64,000 nt of DNA, taken from the NCBI GenBank assembly GCA_012295275.1, contig CM022669.1, positions 10,788,001 through 10,852,000 on the forward strand, given 5' to 3'. The notes under the pieces are model-generated. The model searched no databases. It saw only the letters and a program-made list of their open reading frames with translations, and was not told the DNA's origin. Made by a program: the position numbers and the translations under genes. This document shows positions 45,400 to 58,406 of this stretch, piece after piece. Every line of letters starts with the position of its first letter. The first letter of the stretch is position 1. The DNA comes from Chrysomallon squamiferum (Eukaryota > Animalia > Mollusca).

Positions 45400-45950
45400 A
45401 AGTGAATAATTTAGTGTCATTTTAATCATAACTGGATAATTAGCAAAATAAATGTTTTTTGGGGGGAAAAATAATTTTTAAGTGAGAAAAGGAATTTCTA
45501 TGGGTTTTTTTTGTTTTTTTGAAGTGATAATATAAGGAATTTGTTTGTGTTGTGTAATTTGATGTGATGAAGTAAAGATTTTGTGTGTTTTATTTATTTG
45601 AAAGTGATGATTTGTTTGCTAATTCAAAATTATCACCTGAAGGAATTTATCTTTGTTTTGAAGTGATAATTTAAAGGATTTTTTTCTTCTTCTTCTGAAG
45701 TGATAAGTTGAAGAAATTTAAATGTTTATTCTGAACTAATAAGTTCAAGGAATTTAAATGCTTATTGTGAAATGATAAGTTGAATGATAAGTTATTCTGA
45801 AATGATACTGTTTATTTTAAAGTGGTAAGTTGAAGATACATAAATGTGTATTTTGAAATGATAACATAATTTATTTTAAGTTTTACAGTGAAAATAGATA
45901 TACATGTATATTTAAAAGTGACAAAGCAAGATTTGTTTTGAAGTAATGAA
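45400..45950. repeat. Degenerate ~35-40-bp minisatellite
   Basis: Recurrent ttt/ctgaagtgataa...aaggaattt unit. Confidence 0.6.
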
Positions 45951-47189
45951 TTTATATCTTCATTTTTAACTGACATTCAAGAATTTGGCTATTTAATATT
46001 TTTGTTTAAATTGTCCATAGAAAGAATTTTACATCTTTCTTAAATCTTTGTTATATTCAGAAGATGTAAAAAAATATATAATTATAATTGTTTATGTAAT
46101 AATTAAATTAATATTTACAGCCTTCTTATACTTTCTTATAAAGTTTCTAAACTCAGTGTTTTAAATTTCAAATGTTCTTAGGTATTAGTTACATTTTGAA
46201 AAGGTTACAAGTTAAATATTTAGCTGATATTTTCATAATAATTATCAAAATTATCTTGTCAGAAATAAACTTTCTTGTTGTAATTCTTTTTTTTCATAAA
46301 TTAAAATAAATAGATAAAAAAATAAATAAATAAATAAAATCTTGAACAAAGAATTCTATACACAGCAGATTTGTAAATTAAGAGAGGTCAACTGTTGATA
46401 ATCTGCGACACAACAGATTATATTTTAAGTTAAACACAGAGATTACAATATTTCAGACACATCATTCCTGTATTTATTTTTTAAGGGGTGTGTACTTAGC
46501 TGGATTATTTCATGTTTAATATAAATCCCTAAGGATTAATAATGTACAGTCATTGTTACAGGTCTTCAGTAACAGATTCTGTCAGTGGTTTGGTTAAGTA
46601 AGAATAACTAAAGAAATTTTCTCTGATTGTAATGTTGGTCGTGAACGAGGGGTTAAGCTGTGCCAACATTTAATTAAATACCATGAAGTTATAATATTTT
46701 TATTTAAGATAATCTCTTTTTTTTTACCCCTTCTTTCTCTTTTTTTTTTTTTTCTCTTCTGAGGGAATTTTGATTGTTCCAGTTTGTATTTAAAGGAGAA
46801 ATGTAGGATAATTTCATTTCATTATTTTTTGCTATTCATTGTTGGATGTTAGGTAAAAAAGATTTTTTTCCTTTCAGTTTTATTCAATAAAGGAACAGAA
46901 AGTCTCAAACTATATTTTGTATATTTTATTTTATTGATAAATATACATAACCAGCATATGTTGTTTCAAATATCTTGTGGATTTTTCACCAAAGTTTGTG
47001 TTATTTGTTCGGAAGACTTAATGCTGCTATGAAATATTTTGTGCTTCAAATTGACAAACTTACAGATATGATGATCTACATGATAGGTATCTAGACTTGA
47101 AGTTAAACAGTTTAAGATTTGATTTTACATTTTCATCAAAGTTTATTTTACGTGCTGTTTGAGTGTGAAGAATTAAGTTGACAGTTTTT

Positions 47190-47470
47190 CTTCTTGTTCT
47201 TGATCTGTTCAAAGATTGTAAAGATTTTCTAAAACATGATGCTGATTTCTGAAAAGAATAACTAATCTGGTGACACATCAGGTTTTATTTCCAGTTCATG
47301 ACCTGTTTGTAAAGACGTTTTGAAACTTTACACTGGCTACTGAAAAATATAACTAATGTGTTGATATCAGGGAATTTTTTTTTAGCTCTTGACCTGTTTG
47401 AAGACAGTAAAACAATTCTGAAACTTGATGCTAATTACATAAAAGAATAAGTGATATGGTGACAACAGTT
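47190..47470. repeat. Degenerate tandem repeat, ~95-bp unit x3
   Basis: tcttga(t/c)ctgtt...ctgaaa...gatgct...aaaagaataa...tggtgaca recurs. Confidence 0.6.
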
Positions 47471-48598
47471 TCTAATCTTTTACACAGACCCAACACAGTG
47501 TGTTATGTTACAGTCTTCAGAAGAAACCTAAACAAAGTGACCAGATACAAGTCAGAGAACAAACAGTAATTGTTCTTGTCACTTCATTCATGTACTGCTG
47601 TCTGTAAATTCTGTCTTGACAGATGAATCGTGGGAATGATTACATGATAACTGCACAGACAATTATGATACTATTGTATTTCTGACTGGAACAGGACAGT
47701 CGTATTTGTCTAAAGGATTATTGTATCAGTGCTGATAAATGTTAGCAAATGAACAGGTATTTTCAAATGTTTCTCACGATGCATGTAATGTTCTTGTTTA
47801 TAAATTACTGCTTAGTTTGCCATGGTGTGTGTTCCTTAGATTTTTAAGTAAATTCTTCAGAAAGTGAGAATTTTTGTGTTATTGTTGTTTTCAGTGGGAT
47901 TCCTTGGATGGTTAGTGATTGAAGTTATTGATATAGGATTTTGATTGTACTTCAAAAATGGATCATTATTCAGTGACATAGTCTTCAGTTTTGTGATTTC
48001 TGTTATTCTTGGAATTTATATATAATACCAGATCTTGTTTTTCTAACATTTTGATTTTATCTCTTGACGGTAAAGTGTTATTATCAAGTGCATTTTTGCA
48101 TAACATTATTTCTTTTCAAAACAACTGCAGTAGTGTTTCTGTAAAGTACATTTTTGAGTTATATAATCCATCTTATGCTAGTTTAGATAGGTTTACTATT
48201 TTTTTAATGTTAAAATGTTATCTTTAAATATCCATTTTCAAAATAAATTGAAAAACAATTCATTAGCTTTTTTCCAAGATCTTTTCATACATATACATAA
48301 TTTATTTTCAAAATAACTAAAAGGATATTAGAATTTTTAAATGCATAAACAGCAATAAATATTTATCCTTTAAGGAAGATTTTACAGTAAAAACATAACC
48401 ATTATAGTTTGTTATACTGAATTCAAAAGTCTTCATTTGAAAGAATATATGTTTTACTTTATATAATAATATTTGGAGATTATATTTCAGTAGTGCAGTA
48501 TACACAGATAATAATAATTTAATATAATAAATAAAGGAAAATTTTAGAAATAGAATAGCAAATTGTATTTACAATTTGTATAACTAATAATAATAATA

Positions 48599-48642
<44 letters not shown>

Positions 48643-49110
48643 GAAATAGCAGTATTTAGTCATTTAAATATATATTTATAAGATATTCAAGAATTTCAGA
48701 AATTTACAGAATAATTAATACATTTCAGAAAAAACCTGCTTATTTTATATATGTTACTGACTCATCAGTTGTGATTATGTAATTTTACTGGAATTGCTAT
48801 AAACTACTTATGTGTCAGACAGTACATTCAAGAATGTGCAAACTCCACCTGAAAACCTTTTTTCTACCAACTTCACTGTAGTGACGTGTAATTCAGATTT
48901 GTCATGACATTATTTTTCATCTGGAAAACTGATGTATGTTCAGATAGAAAGAAAAACCAAAAAAATGATAAGTTATAATTCAACATTCTTTTTCCTGAGG
49001 AAAACAAAACCATCAACACTGAATGGAGGTAGAGTATTAAAACAGTTGTCTTTTAGTGTCTTTTTATTTATTTATTTTATTTATTAATTTATGTATTATT
49101 ATTATTAATA

Positions 49111-49141
<31 letters not shown>

Positions 49142-49181
49142 TATTACTATTATTATTTATTATTATTATTATTATTATTTA

Positions 49182-49216
<35 letters not shown>

Positions 49217-49287
49217 CATCATCATTTTGCCCTCATTGTTATAAAGTGCAAATGCTTGAAATTTAATTTTAATATTAATGGGTGTTA

Positions 49288-49320
<33 letters not shown>

Positions 49321-50539
49321 ATATGTTCATTATAGGTTTATGTCTGTGTAAGTATATATGTTTCAGTATGTATTTGTTTGTGTCTGTTCATGAATATATA
49401 TATATATATATATCTGTTTATGTGAAATGTGTATGTGTTTGTATGTATATTAAGTGTGTTTCGGTATGTGTGTGAGAGAGAGGGCTGTACTCCCATACAT
49501 CTTGTTCTATTTAAGTTTCCACTGAGAATTGACTGTCATTGTACACTGAGTACACACTATGCTGGTTAACTAGTTTAGAAAATGACTAATTATGAGGACT
49601 GCTTCGTTATCAGACACCAGAATTAGTACACCTAAGAAAAGCAGTTTAACTATGGATAATAGTTAGATTTTATTATTATTGTTATTTTTACAATTCAGTG
49701 TTTGTTATTATATTTTTGTTACTATTATTTTATTTTATATTTTATAGTTTACATTTATATATATCTATTAGTTGTATTATTATTAGTAGTATTATATTTA
49801 TTTATTTATTAATTTTGTGAATTATGGATGTTAATTTTCTTTGAGGTTCAATTAAAAGTTACCTTTTAAATCAGAACCTTTTTGAAAATATGGTATTAAT
49901 ACATGTTACAGATCAGAGTTTGAGTTTAGATTTTATCATCATTCATTTTACAATTATTATTCATAATTAGTATTCTTTTACTGTTATAAGATCATTCCAT
50001 AAGATGTGTATTAAATGTTGTAGTAATCTGTTATATAATAAATAAAATGTATTAAATTCTTACATAACAAATAAAATATGAGATAAAATTGTTAAATATA
50101 AAAAGCTAAATATTTCATTAATTTTTTAACTAAAAATAATATAACATATAACACATTTAAAAAAGAGAAGTTTAATTGTATTGAGCAATATTTAGTAGAT
50201 TTTGTTTTTATTTTTAGAATTCTATACATAGTCATTATTTAAAATAACAGAAATTTAAATTATTTATTCCTTTTTAGAAGTAGAATAGAATTTTTTTTTT
50301 ATAATATATCTTTAAATAAACAAAAATAAAAGTAATAATAAGAAAATAATAAGAAAAGAAATCATACTATTTCGTGATTTAAAATATTACATATTTATGG
50401 ATATTCAAGAACTTAAGAATATTTACCTGAAGTACCTGTACATTAACTTACTTATCATATACTAATAAGGTTACAATGAATTATAATATAAGAAAACAGT
50501 GTTATATTCAGCTGTTATTTCAATGTTGTATGGTTACAG

Positions 50540-50908
50540 AAAAAGTGCCTATCCATTACCGTAGCAACAAGAAGCTGATCTCTCCGTCTGCTGTGACAGG
50601 ACATGACCATGGTGTTGATGATGATGATGAAGATCCTACAGGGTCCAGACATCCTCACAGTGCTAACAATGCACCAAAACAGATCCTCAAAACTTCTGCT
50701 TTCTTACCTGGTTAGATTATATATTGCTTTATGTTTTATTGCTTTATAGCTTAATAGAACAATATGAATTTAAAATGAGTTTATTTTGTAGTACGTATTA
50801 GATGTATGTGTACATTGTGTGTATGTATATTTGTATAGATGTATGTATGCATGTTTGTATGTCAGTATGTTTGTATGTAAGTATGTACATATGTAGATAG
50901 ATGTATCG

Positions 50909-50959
<51 letters not shown>

Positions 50960-53900
50960 TGTTTGTGTTTGGGTATGTGTGTGTGCTTGTGTAATGCATG
51001 AATATGTATGTAATGTATGTATAGATAGGTATGTATGTATGTAGTATATATATATTTAGATAGGTATATAGAGTTGAGTGTGTTTTAGTAGGTGGCTAGA
51101 TATGTCTGTTTGTTTTAGGGAGATGTTACATACAGTGAGCTGTTTATTACTAGAAAATTAGTACCATTCTTAGATTTAGCTTATATTCCTAGACTGATAT
51201 ATATTTTTTAAATTTTATCAAATGACATTTTTAATAGAAGATTTACTCTGAACTATAACACATTTACTGTGTGGTTTTTTTCAGGAGACAAGGTGTTTTT
51301 TGGAGAAAGTCCTTCAGCTCCTGGAGTTCCTGTTGTTTACAGAGCTCCAGAAGAAAGAGCAACAAACCCTGACAGACTGAACCTTGACAGGTAACTAAAC
51401 CATCACACAGAATATATATATCATCAATAACAAATACAATCACTGTTTTGCAGGAGGAGAGTACATGTTATATTGTAACTTAACACTTGAAATACATCTT
51501 CAATATGTTTTTTTCTGTAACAACTGACTCTTCACTCTACCACTGTTTTTATTTTGCCTGAATGAAATTGTATGTGTTGTTACTACATCTTACACTTGCC
51601 ATACATCTTTAATACACTACTGGTTATTGTAATAACTGACATACTAGACTTCATTCCTTTCCATTGTTATGTTTTTCCAGAATGAAATAATATATGTTGT
51701 TACTACATGTTAGACTGACATATTTATATTTCTTCACTTTACCATTGTTTTTCAGGAGAAATCTGCAGATATTATATTATAACTAAACATTTGAAGTACA
51801 TCTTTAATACACAACTGCATACTGTAATAACTGACACATTTATACATCTTCACTTTACCAGGAGGAAGCTACATGTTTGTCCCATCTTAGAAGGAGAAGA
51901 ACAGCTTCGACTTCTCAACTACCAGCACAACCAGATTTCGCGCATCCAGTACCTGGGCAGTTTGAAACGACTCATCTTTCTCGATCTCTATGACAACAAC
52001 ATTGAGGAAATTAATGGTCTCAGCGCTCTCAAGTCACTAAGAGTTCTCATGCTTGGAAAAAACAGGTTTAAAAAAGAAATTTTTGTATTAAAGAAAACTA
52101 TTCAGATTTGGGGGCTTTATTTTACTTTTTATTACTGGCCGTTTTTGGGTGTGTTTTTTTTAAAATATATTGTTTGGATCATAAAGAAGAATGAATCTGG
52201 AAGAGAAGAATCTAATGTCACTTCACGGGCTACTCTTTTTAATAAGCAGTAAGAGTATTTTTGTTATGTTTGTTGTTGTTTTGTTTTTTGTGGGGTTTTT
52301 TTTTCCTAATGTGTGTTTACATAGGAATTCATGTCTGTGTGTGTGTTTGTGTGTGTGTGTGTATTCGTGTGTGTGTCACACACACTGATATATAATTTTT
52401 TTGTTACAAGTTTGTTTAATACAATAAGTAGTGAAAATTAATATTAAACATATAGTACAGACAATACAGAATTTCTAATTTCCATATTTAGAAAAGACAT
52501 TCATCTTTTGATATTTCAGAATAAAGAAAATAGAAAATCTGGACAGTTTAAATAAATTGGATGTGTTAGATCTGCATGGAAATCAGGTATGAAAAGATAA
52601 AAACTAAATTTTTTTCTTTTTTCTTTTTTTTTTTTTATCATTTTGTTGTAATTTTCTATTAATAATAAAATTGACTTATATTGCCAAATGCAAAAAGCTG
52701 AATCAAACTGAGTCACCAATGACATAATGAATTTGTTTTCATAGTTTACAAGATTAAATACTTTCATAGTTTAAAAAATTATATATTCTTAACAGATAGC
52801 TGTTCTGTTCAGAGTAAGTCTTTTTATTACAAAAATTTTTAACATTGTTCTTTGTTCATTTATATATTTGCTTTCTTTTCAATAATTTTAGTTATTATTT
52901 ATTTATTTATTTATTTTTTATTTTATTTTATTTTATTTTATTTTATTTTATTTCTCTATTTTATTTTATTTTATTTTATTTTATTTTATTTTATTTTATT
53001 TTATTTCATTTTATTTTTATTATTTTTATCTTTTTAATTTTGCATTTTTTTAATTTTAAATTTAATTCCATTTCATTTATAAACCTATTTACTTATTTCT
53101 ACAGTAGGCCCTCTGTTTAATGGAATAAAAGATGCAAGGGGGTGTTTAATGATTCCAAAAGTCTATTAAATCCCAGATTTTTTAAATTAACAACATTTGC
53201 TAATTTTTATATACTGTTAACTGATTCATCATTTGTATTATGTGTTTAGTTTGTTTATGGTCTTTAATTATTTTTTTATTTTTTTATTTGTTTGGGTTGT
53301 TGTTTCAATGTTTGTCTTTGGGGTTTTAAAAATATATTTATCTGTCTATCTAGATCTATCACCCTATCTATCCTTTTTTTCATTATTCCTTCCTTCCTTC
53401 CTTCCTTCCTTCCTTCCTCTTTCTTTCCTTTGTTTCTTTCTTTTTTTCTTTCTTTCTTTATTTATCTTTTTATTTATTTGTTTGTTTATTTATTTATTTG
53501 TTTATTTATTTATTTATTTGTTTATTTATTTATTAGTTTATTTATTTATTTGTTTGTTTATTTATTTATTTGTTTATTTATTTATTTGTTAGTTTATGTA
53601 TTTATTTGTTTGTTTGTTTATTTATTTGTTTGTATGTATGTATGTTTATTTATTTATTTATTTGTTTATTTATTTATTTGTTTGTTTATTTATATATTTT
53701 CACCTCAGATCACTGTGATTGAGAATCTGAATCACCTGACAGAACTGCGTGTGTTGAACCTGGCTGGTAACAACATCAGAGAGGTTGACAATCTGTCTGG
53801 GATGGATGCACTCGCAGAACTTAATCTTCGCCGCAATCGCATCCGAGTTGTGGTAAGAAACAATTTAAAAAATAAATAAATAAATAAACTATATAAAATA

Positions 53901-53974
53901 AATTTTGAATATTATAAACTTGAATATTGACAACGTGATAAGAGCCAGCAGTTGAATTTTATTTATTTATTTTA

Positions 53975-54012
<38 letters not shown>

Positions 54013-54361
54013 TTTTTTGTTTGTTTGTTTATTTAATTTTTATTTTTTTTTTTTTTTTTTTTTTATTATTATTATTGGTAGTAGTAGTAGTAGCATTTAA
54101 TGGAATTTGTTTTAAATTAAACAAAACAAGACTAGTTTTTGATTTACTTACCATCATTACTAATTTTGCATAGCTGTTTATATTCATTTATTTATCTACT
54201 TTTAAAATGTATTTATGTATTAGAACAAGTTATAAACTGAAGCTAAAATGAATAACTAATACACACCTTAAAAAAATAAATACATTTTTCTAATTAACTT
54301 GAGCACTTGTTTATTTAGTTACTTATTTATTTGTTTGTTTATTTCTGTCATCATGTTAATC

Positions 54362-54396
<35 letters not shown>

Positions 54397-54398
54397 GC

Positions 54399-54438
<40 letters not shown>

Positions 54439-54440
54439 GC

Positions 54441-54482
<42 letters not shown>

Positions 54483-55452
54483 CATCATTATTACTATTAT
54501 TGCTCTTCTTTTTCTTGTTGTTGATGAACCAATAAAGGAAAAAGGGGTATTTTTTAAACATGATATAATTATATTTCACTTCTATTTCTTTTATTTTACA
54601 GATGGATATAGATGCACTACCAAATCTTCAAAGACTGTTTCTGAGTTTTAATGAAATTTCAAGGTAAGAACTTACATACAACTCTCCCATCATCTACTGG
54701 TTGTGTTGTTTTTATGTTGTTATTTTCATCTTAGTTGTTTGCAATAGAACCAAATTTTCCATTGCAATAAAGAGAAAAATTTCAGTTTCTGTAACATATT
54801 TGAAAATGAATGTTTGTACACTTAAACACATAAGCATGGAGTTTGTTATAATAACACACAGACACATACACGCAGTTTTTTTCTGGATATATTCTTTTTA
54901 ATACTATGGATATTCATGTGCATACATGTAAGAACTTGTGAATGGTATGTATTTCAGATTTTATTGTTACTAACGATTAAAAAAATGCAAGGATCCCACA
55001 TATTTATATTTGAAATGTCATAAGCACTTACATGGCTTCAACAAAAGACTATGATTATTTTCACTATCTTTTTAGCAGATTAAATGAGATGGAAAACAGC
55101 ATTTCACTGTAATGTGGTTTTTTTCTGTGATTGGGTGACACCTGTTAAATTTAATGTAAAAAATATAAACAAGTTTTTTTTCAGCAATAATAAAATACCA
55201 CTGTGAAATTTGACACAGAAAAACCGATTAACTTGTTTATCAGTTCAAGCCTTTGTTTTTATTCTAGCTACTCAAGACTCATTTTTGGTATCAAGTAACA
55301 GTCATTTGTAATAGCAAACTGAAATGAATATAGATTGTTTTTGAATTTAAAAAAAAAAAAAATTGTCAAGGTTTTTTCCTTTTAGAAATATTCTGTTTTC
55401 ATGTAGAGACAGGAATAACTGAAAACATGAATTCATTTTTGATAACTGATAA

Positions 55453-55495
<43 letters not shown>

Positions 55496-58373
55496 CTGTG
55501 TCTGTGTCTGTGTCTGTGTGTGTGTGTGTCTGTTTATAAGTTGGTGTGGGTGCTTATTGTAAGTGTATACATGTACATATTTGTGGAATGGTGTGTATCA
55601 ATGGTTTGGACGTATGGTGTATCTTTATGGTGTTTGTGTGTGTGTGTGAGTGTGTGTGGGTGTGTGAATATATGTATTTGTTTGTTTATATGTTTCAGCC
55701 TAGTTAGTCTTACTCAGAGACATTTCATGCCATACACTACTGAATTAATCAAATATTAAAAACCAGTTTTTAATTGACACAGATTGATGAACTGATGAAC
55801 AATGATATCAGCTCCATTTATAGACTTTAAATCAGACTTTATCATTTGTTTGTATCTTATTATTATTATTATATTTTTTTTCAGCTGATATCTTTGAATC
55901 TCACACCATGTTTAAATCTGTTGTTCTATTCCTAGTGTTACAATGGTACATTTTGAGAATCCAGGCATTGTTTAGACCCCACAGTTAGTGGACCATGTTT
56001 ATAGAGTTGTTAGCGAAACCTGATATTACAAAATGGTTATAATTAGAGATCCACTTGAATGATTTTTTCTTTTCTTTGTTTCTTTGTAACAGTAGTAGTT
56101 GTAGTAGATGTAGTAGATGTAGCATTAGTGGAACTAGCAGTAGTAGTGGTAGTAGCAGAGTAGTAGAGCAGTAGTGATAATTGTAGAGTCTTCTTTTTCT
56201 TCTTCTTCTTCTTCCTCTTATTATTATTATTATTGTTATTATTATTATTATTTTTATTTGTTTTGTTTTGTTTTGTTGTTATTTTCTTCATTTAATGTTA
56301 CAAAGGGTTTTTAATAAAAATAAAATTTAAATACCAAAGCTGTATTTACATACATATTACATGTTATAATCTGTACAAATATTCTAACAATAACATGCTT
56401 CCTTTTGTGTATATTTTGTGTATATTTTGTGAAATCATTATTTCCTAATGTTGAAAGAACAAATCCTTTATCTTACAGTTTATGGTTTTGCATTGAAATA
56501 TTAATGTACTAGGACATAAAATCAGATGAATAACAGTCTAACTTTTCTTTCACTGATAATATCAATAAAAATGATTAACCTAGTTTTCATTTAGAGATAC
56601 AAGACCAAAATTTAAAAAAAAAAAAAAAATTGATTTTAAATCTCTACAATGCAGCTTGTAATTATTAGGTTTACTGTTAAATATTATAGCTAAATTTATA
56701 CAAAGCATTTTTCTTTCTAAAATATTGTTAATAAAAAGAGATAAATAAATTAATAAAATGCTAGTATTTCAGTACTGCAAATCCCAGTTACCTTTAATTA
56801 TAAAAATGAAAGACTGAAACAGATAAATTCAGGTCTAACTGTTTATTGTTTGATTTCATTACAAAACTGTCCACTCACTGACCTAGTACATAACAAATGT
56901 CTTAGCTCTGGTCTTCACAACAGAGATAAAGATATTGACAATGAACTTCACTTCATTCTTTACCAATCTTCTTACAACAATTATTCCTGTCTCAAGATCC
57001 TACTTGAGTACTTCGTTATCCTTTTCCACACTTATCTGTAACACTGGCAAGTCATGTGTTGACCTCTAGTAAGTCTGTTAAATAGCAAAGTTACATTTAT
57101 TCCTTCACTGTCCAGCTTGTTTTTAGTCTCTTGTCATTAGAAAGGGCTATAGTTCAGATATGGAGCTCTCACTTTGAGAAATAATGGACTGTAGGATCAA
57201 ATCTTTCAGAAGTACCCTTACTGCCTATTCTTTTCATTATAATGATGTCCTATCCCAGCTTGTCATCTCCTTATTTTCTTTTAGTGGGAGAGTATGTGTA
57301 AAATATATTTTATTAGGTTTCATAATATTCAGTTAGCATCCATCAACTAAACTATTGTCTTTCTGCGGGAAAGTATAGATGTAAAAGATCCTTTGTTGTA
57401 TATTGTACTTATTAGACTTCATCATATCCAGCTAGTGTCGGCAACTAAACTATTGTCTTTCTGCGGGAAAGTATGGATGTAAAAGATCCTTTGTTGTATA
57501 TTGTACTTATTAGACTTCATCATATCCAGCTAGTGTCGGCAACTAAACTATTTTCTTTCTGTGGAAAAGTACACGTAAAATATGCTTTTTTTTTAGTCCC
57601 ACCCTATTCCAGGGACTGAACTATTCTCATTCTGTGAGAAAGAACATGTAAAACAGCCCTTGCTGTCTAATGTTTTTATTAAACTTCTTTTTGTCACAGC
57701 TATATTTTCATTCTGTAGGAAAACACAAGTAAAAGATCACTTGCTGTTAAAATTTTATTACGAAAGATTCTTTTTGTGACTAAACCATTTTCTCTCTGAG
57801 GGAAAGTATGTGAAAAGATTGTTTGTTTTTTATTGTATTGATTAGGCTGATGTCCTGATCCTGTTACTGTTCAGCAATTAGATTAATGTGCATGTAAAAG
57901 ATTCCTTTCTAAAGAGAGGTAAAAATAGCCCATTGTGCAATAGTCATGAACTGCTTCTTAAACATGATCTTGGTTAACATTCTGTTGAATATATTTGTAG
58001 CAGACTGTCACAATTTAAAAATGTTTTTAATCACATTTCTGATAAATTATATTTGTAATAGTAAAAATAACATAAATAAATGAAACTTGAAAATATTTTT
58101 GTTTTATTATTGTTATTATGCTTGGATATTCTGTTCCATTTTCAGTTCCATTCTGGTATCATTTTTACAACAATGAATACATTATCCGATATATAAAATT
58201 TATAACTGTAATATAAATATATCACAAGCTCTTTCTCAATTCATTCTTTGTATATGTTTTTCATGTGTGTTTGAATACGTAAAGTTTATTGTTACGGTTT
58301 TAGTATTGCAACACCATTTAAGTTTAATCTTGTCAAACAATTTCTAATGTATTTATATATTTACTGTTGTATA

Positions 58374-58406
<33 letters not shown>

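Noticed and set aside
47623-47756. Possible LRRC49 internal exon (gacag|atgaat...aacag|gtattt)
   Set aside because: In-frame stop in the phase 1 frame needed for LRRC49 (and in the ATG frame).
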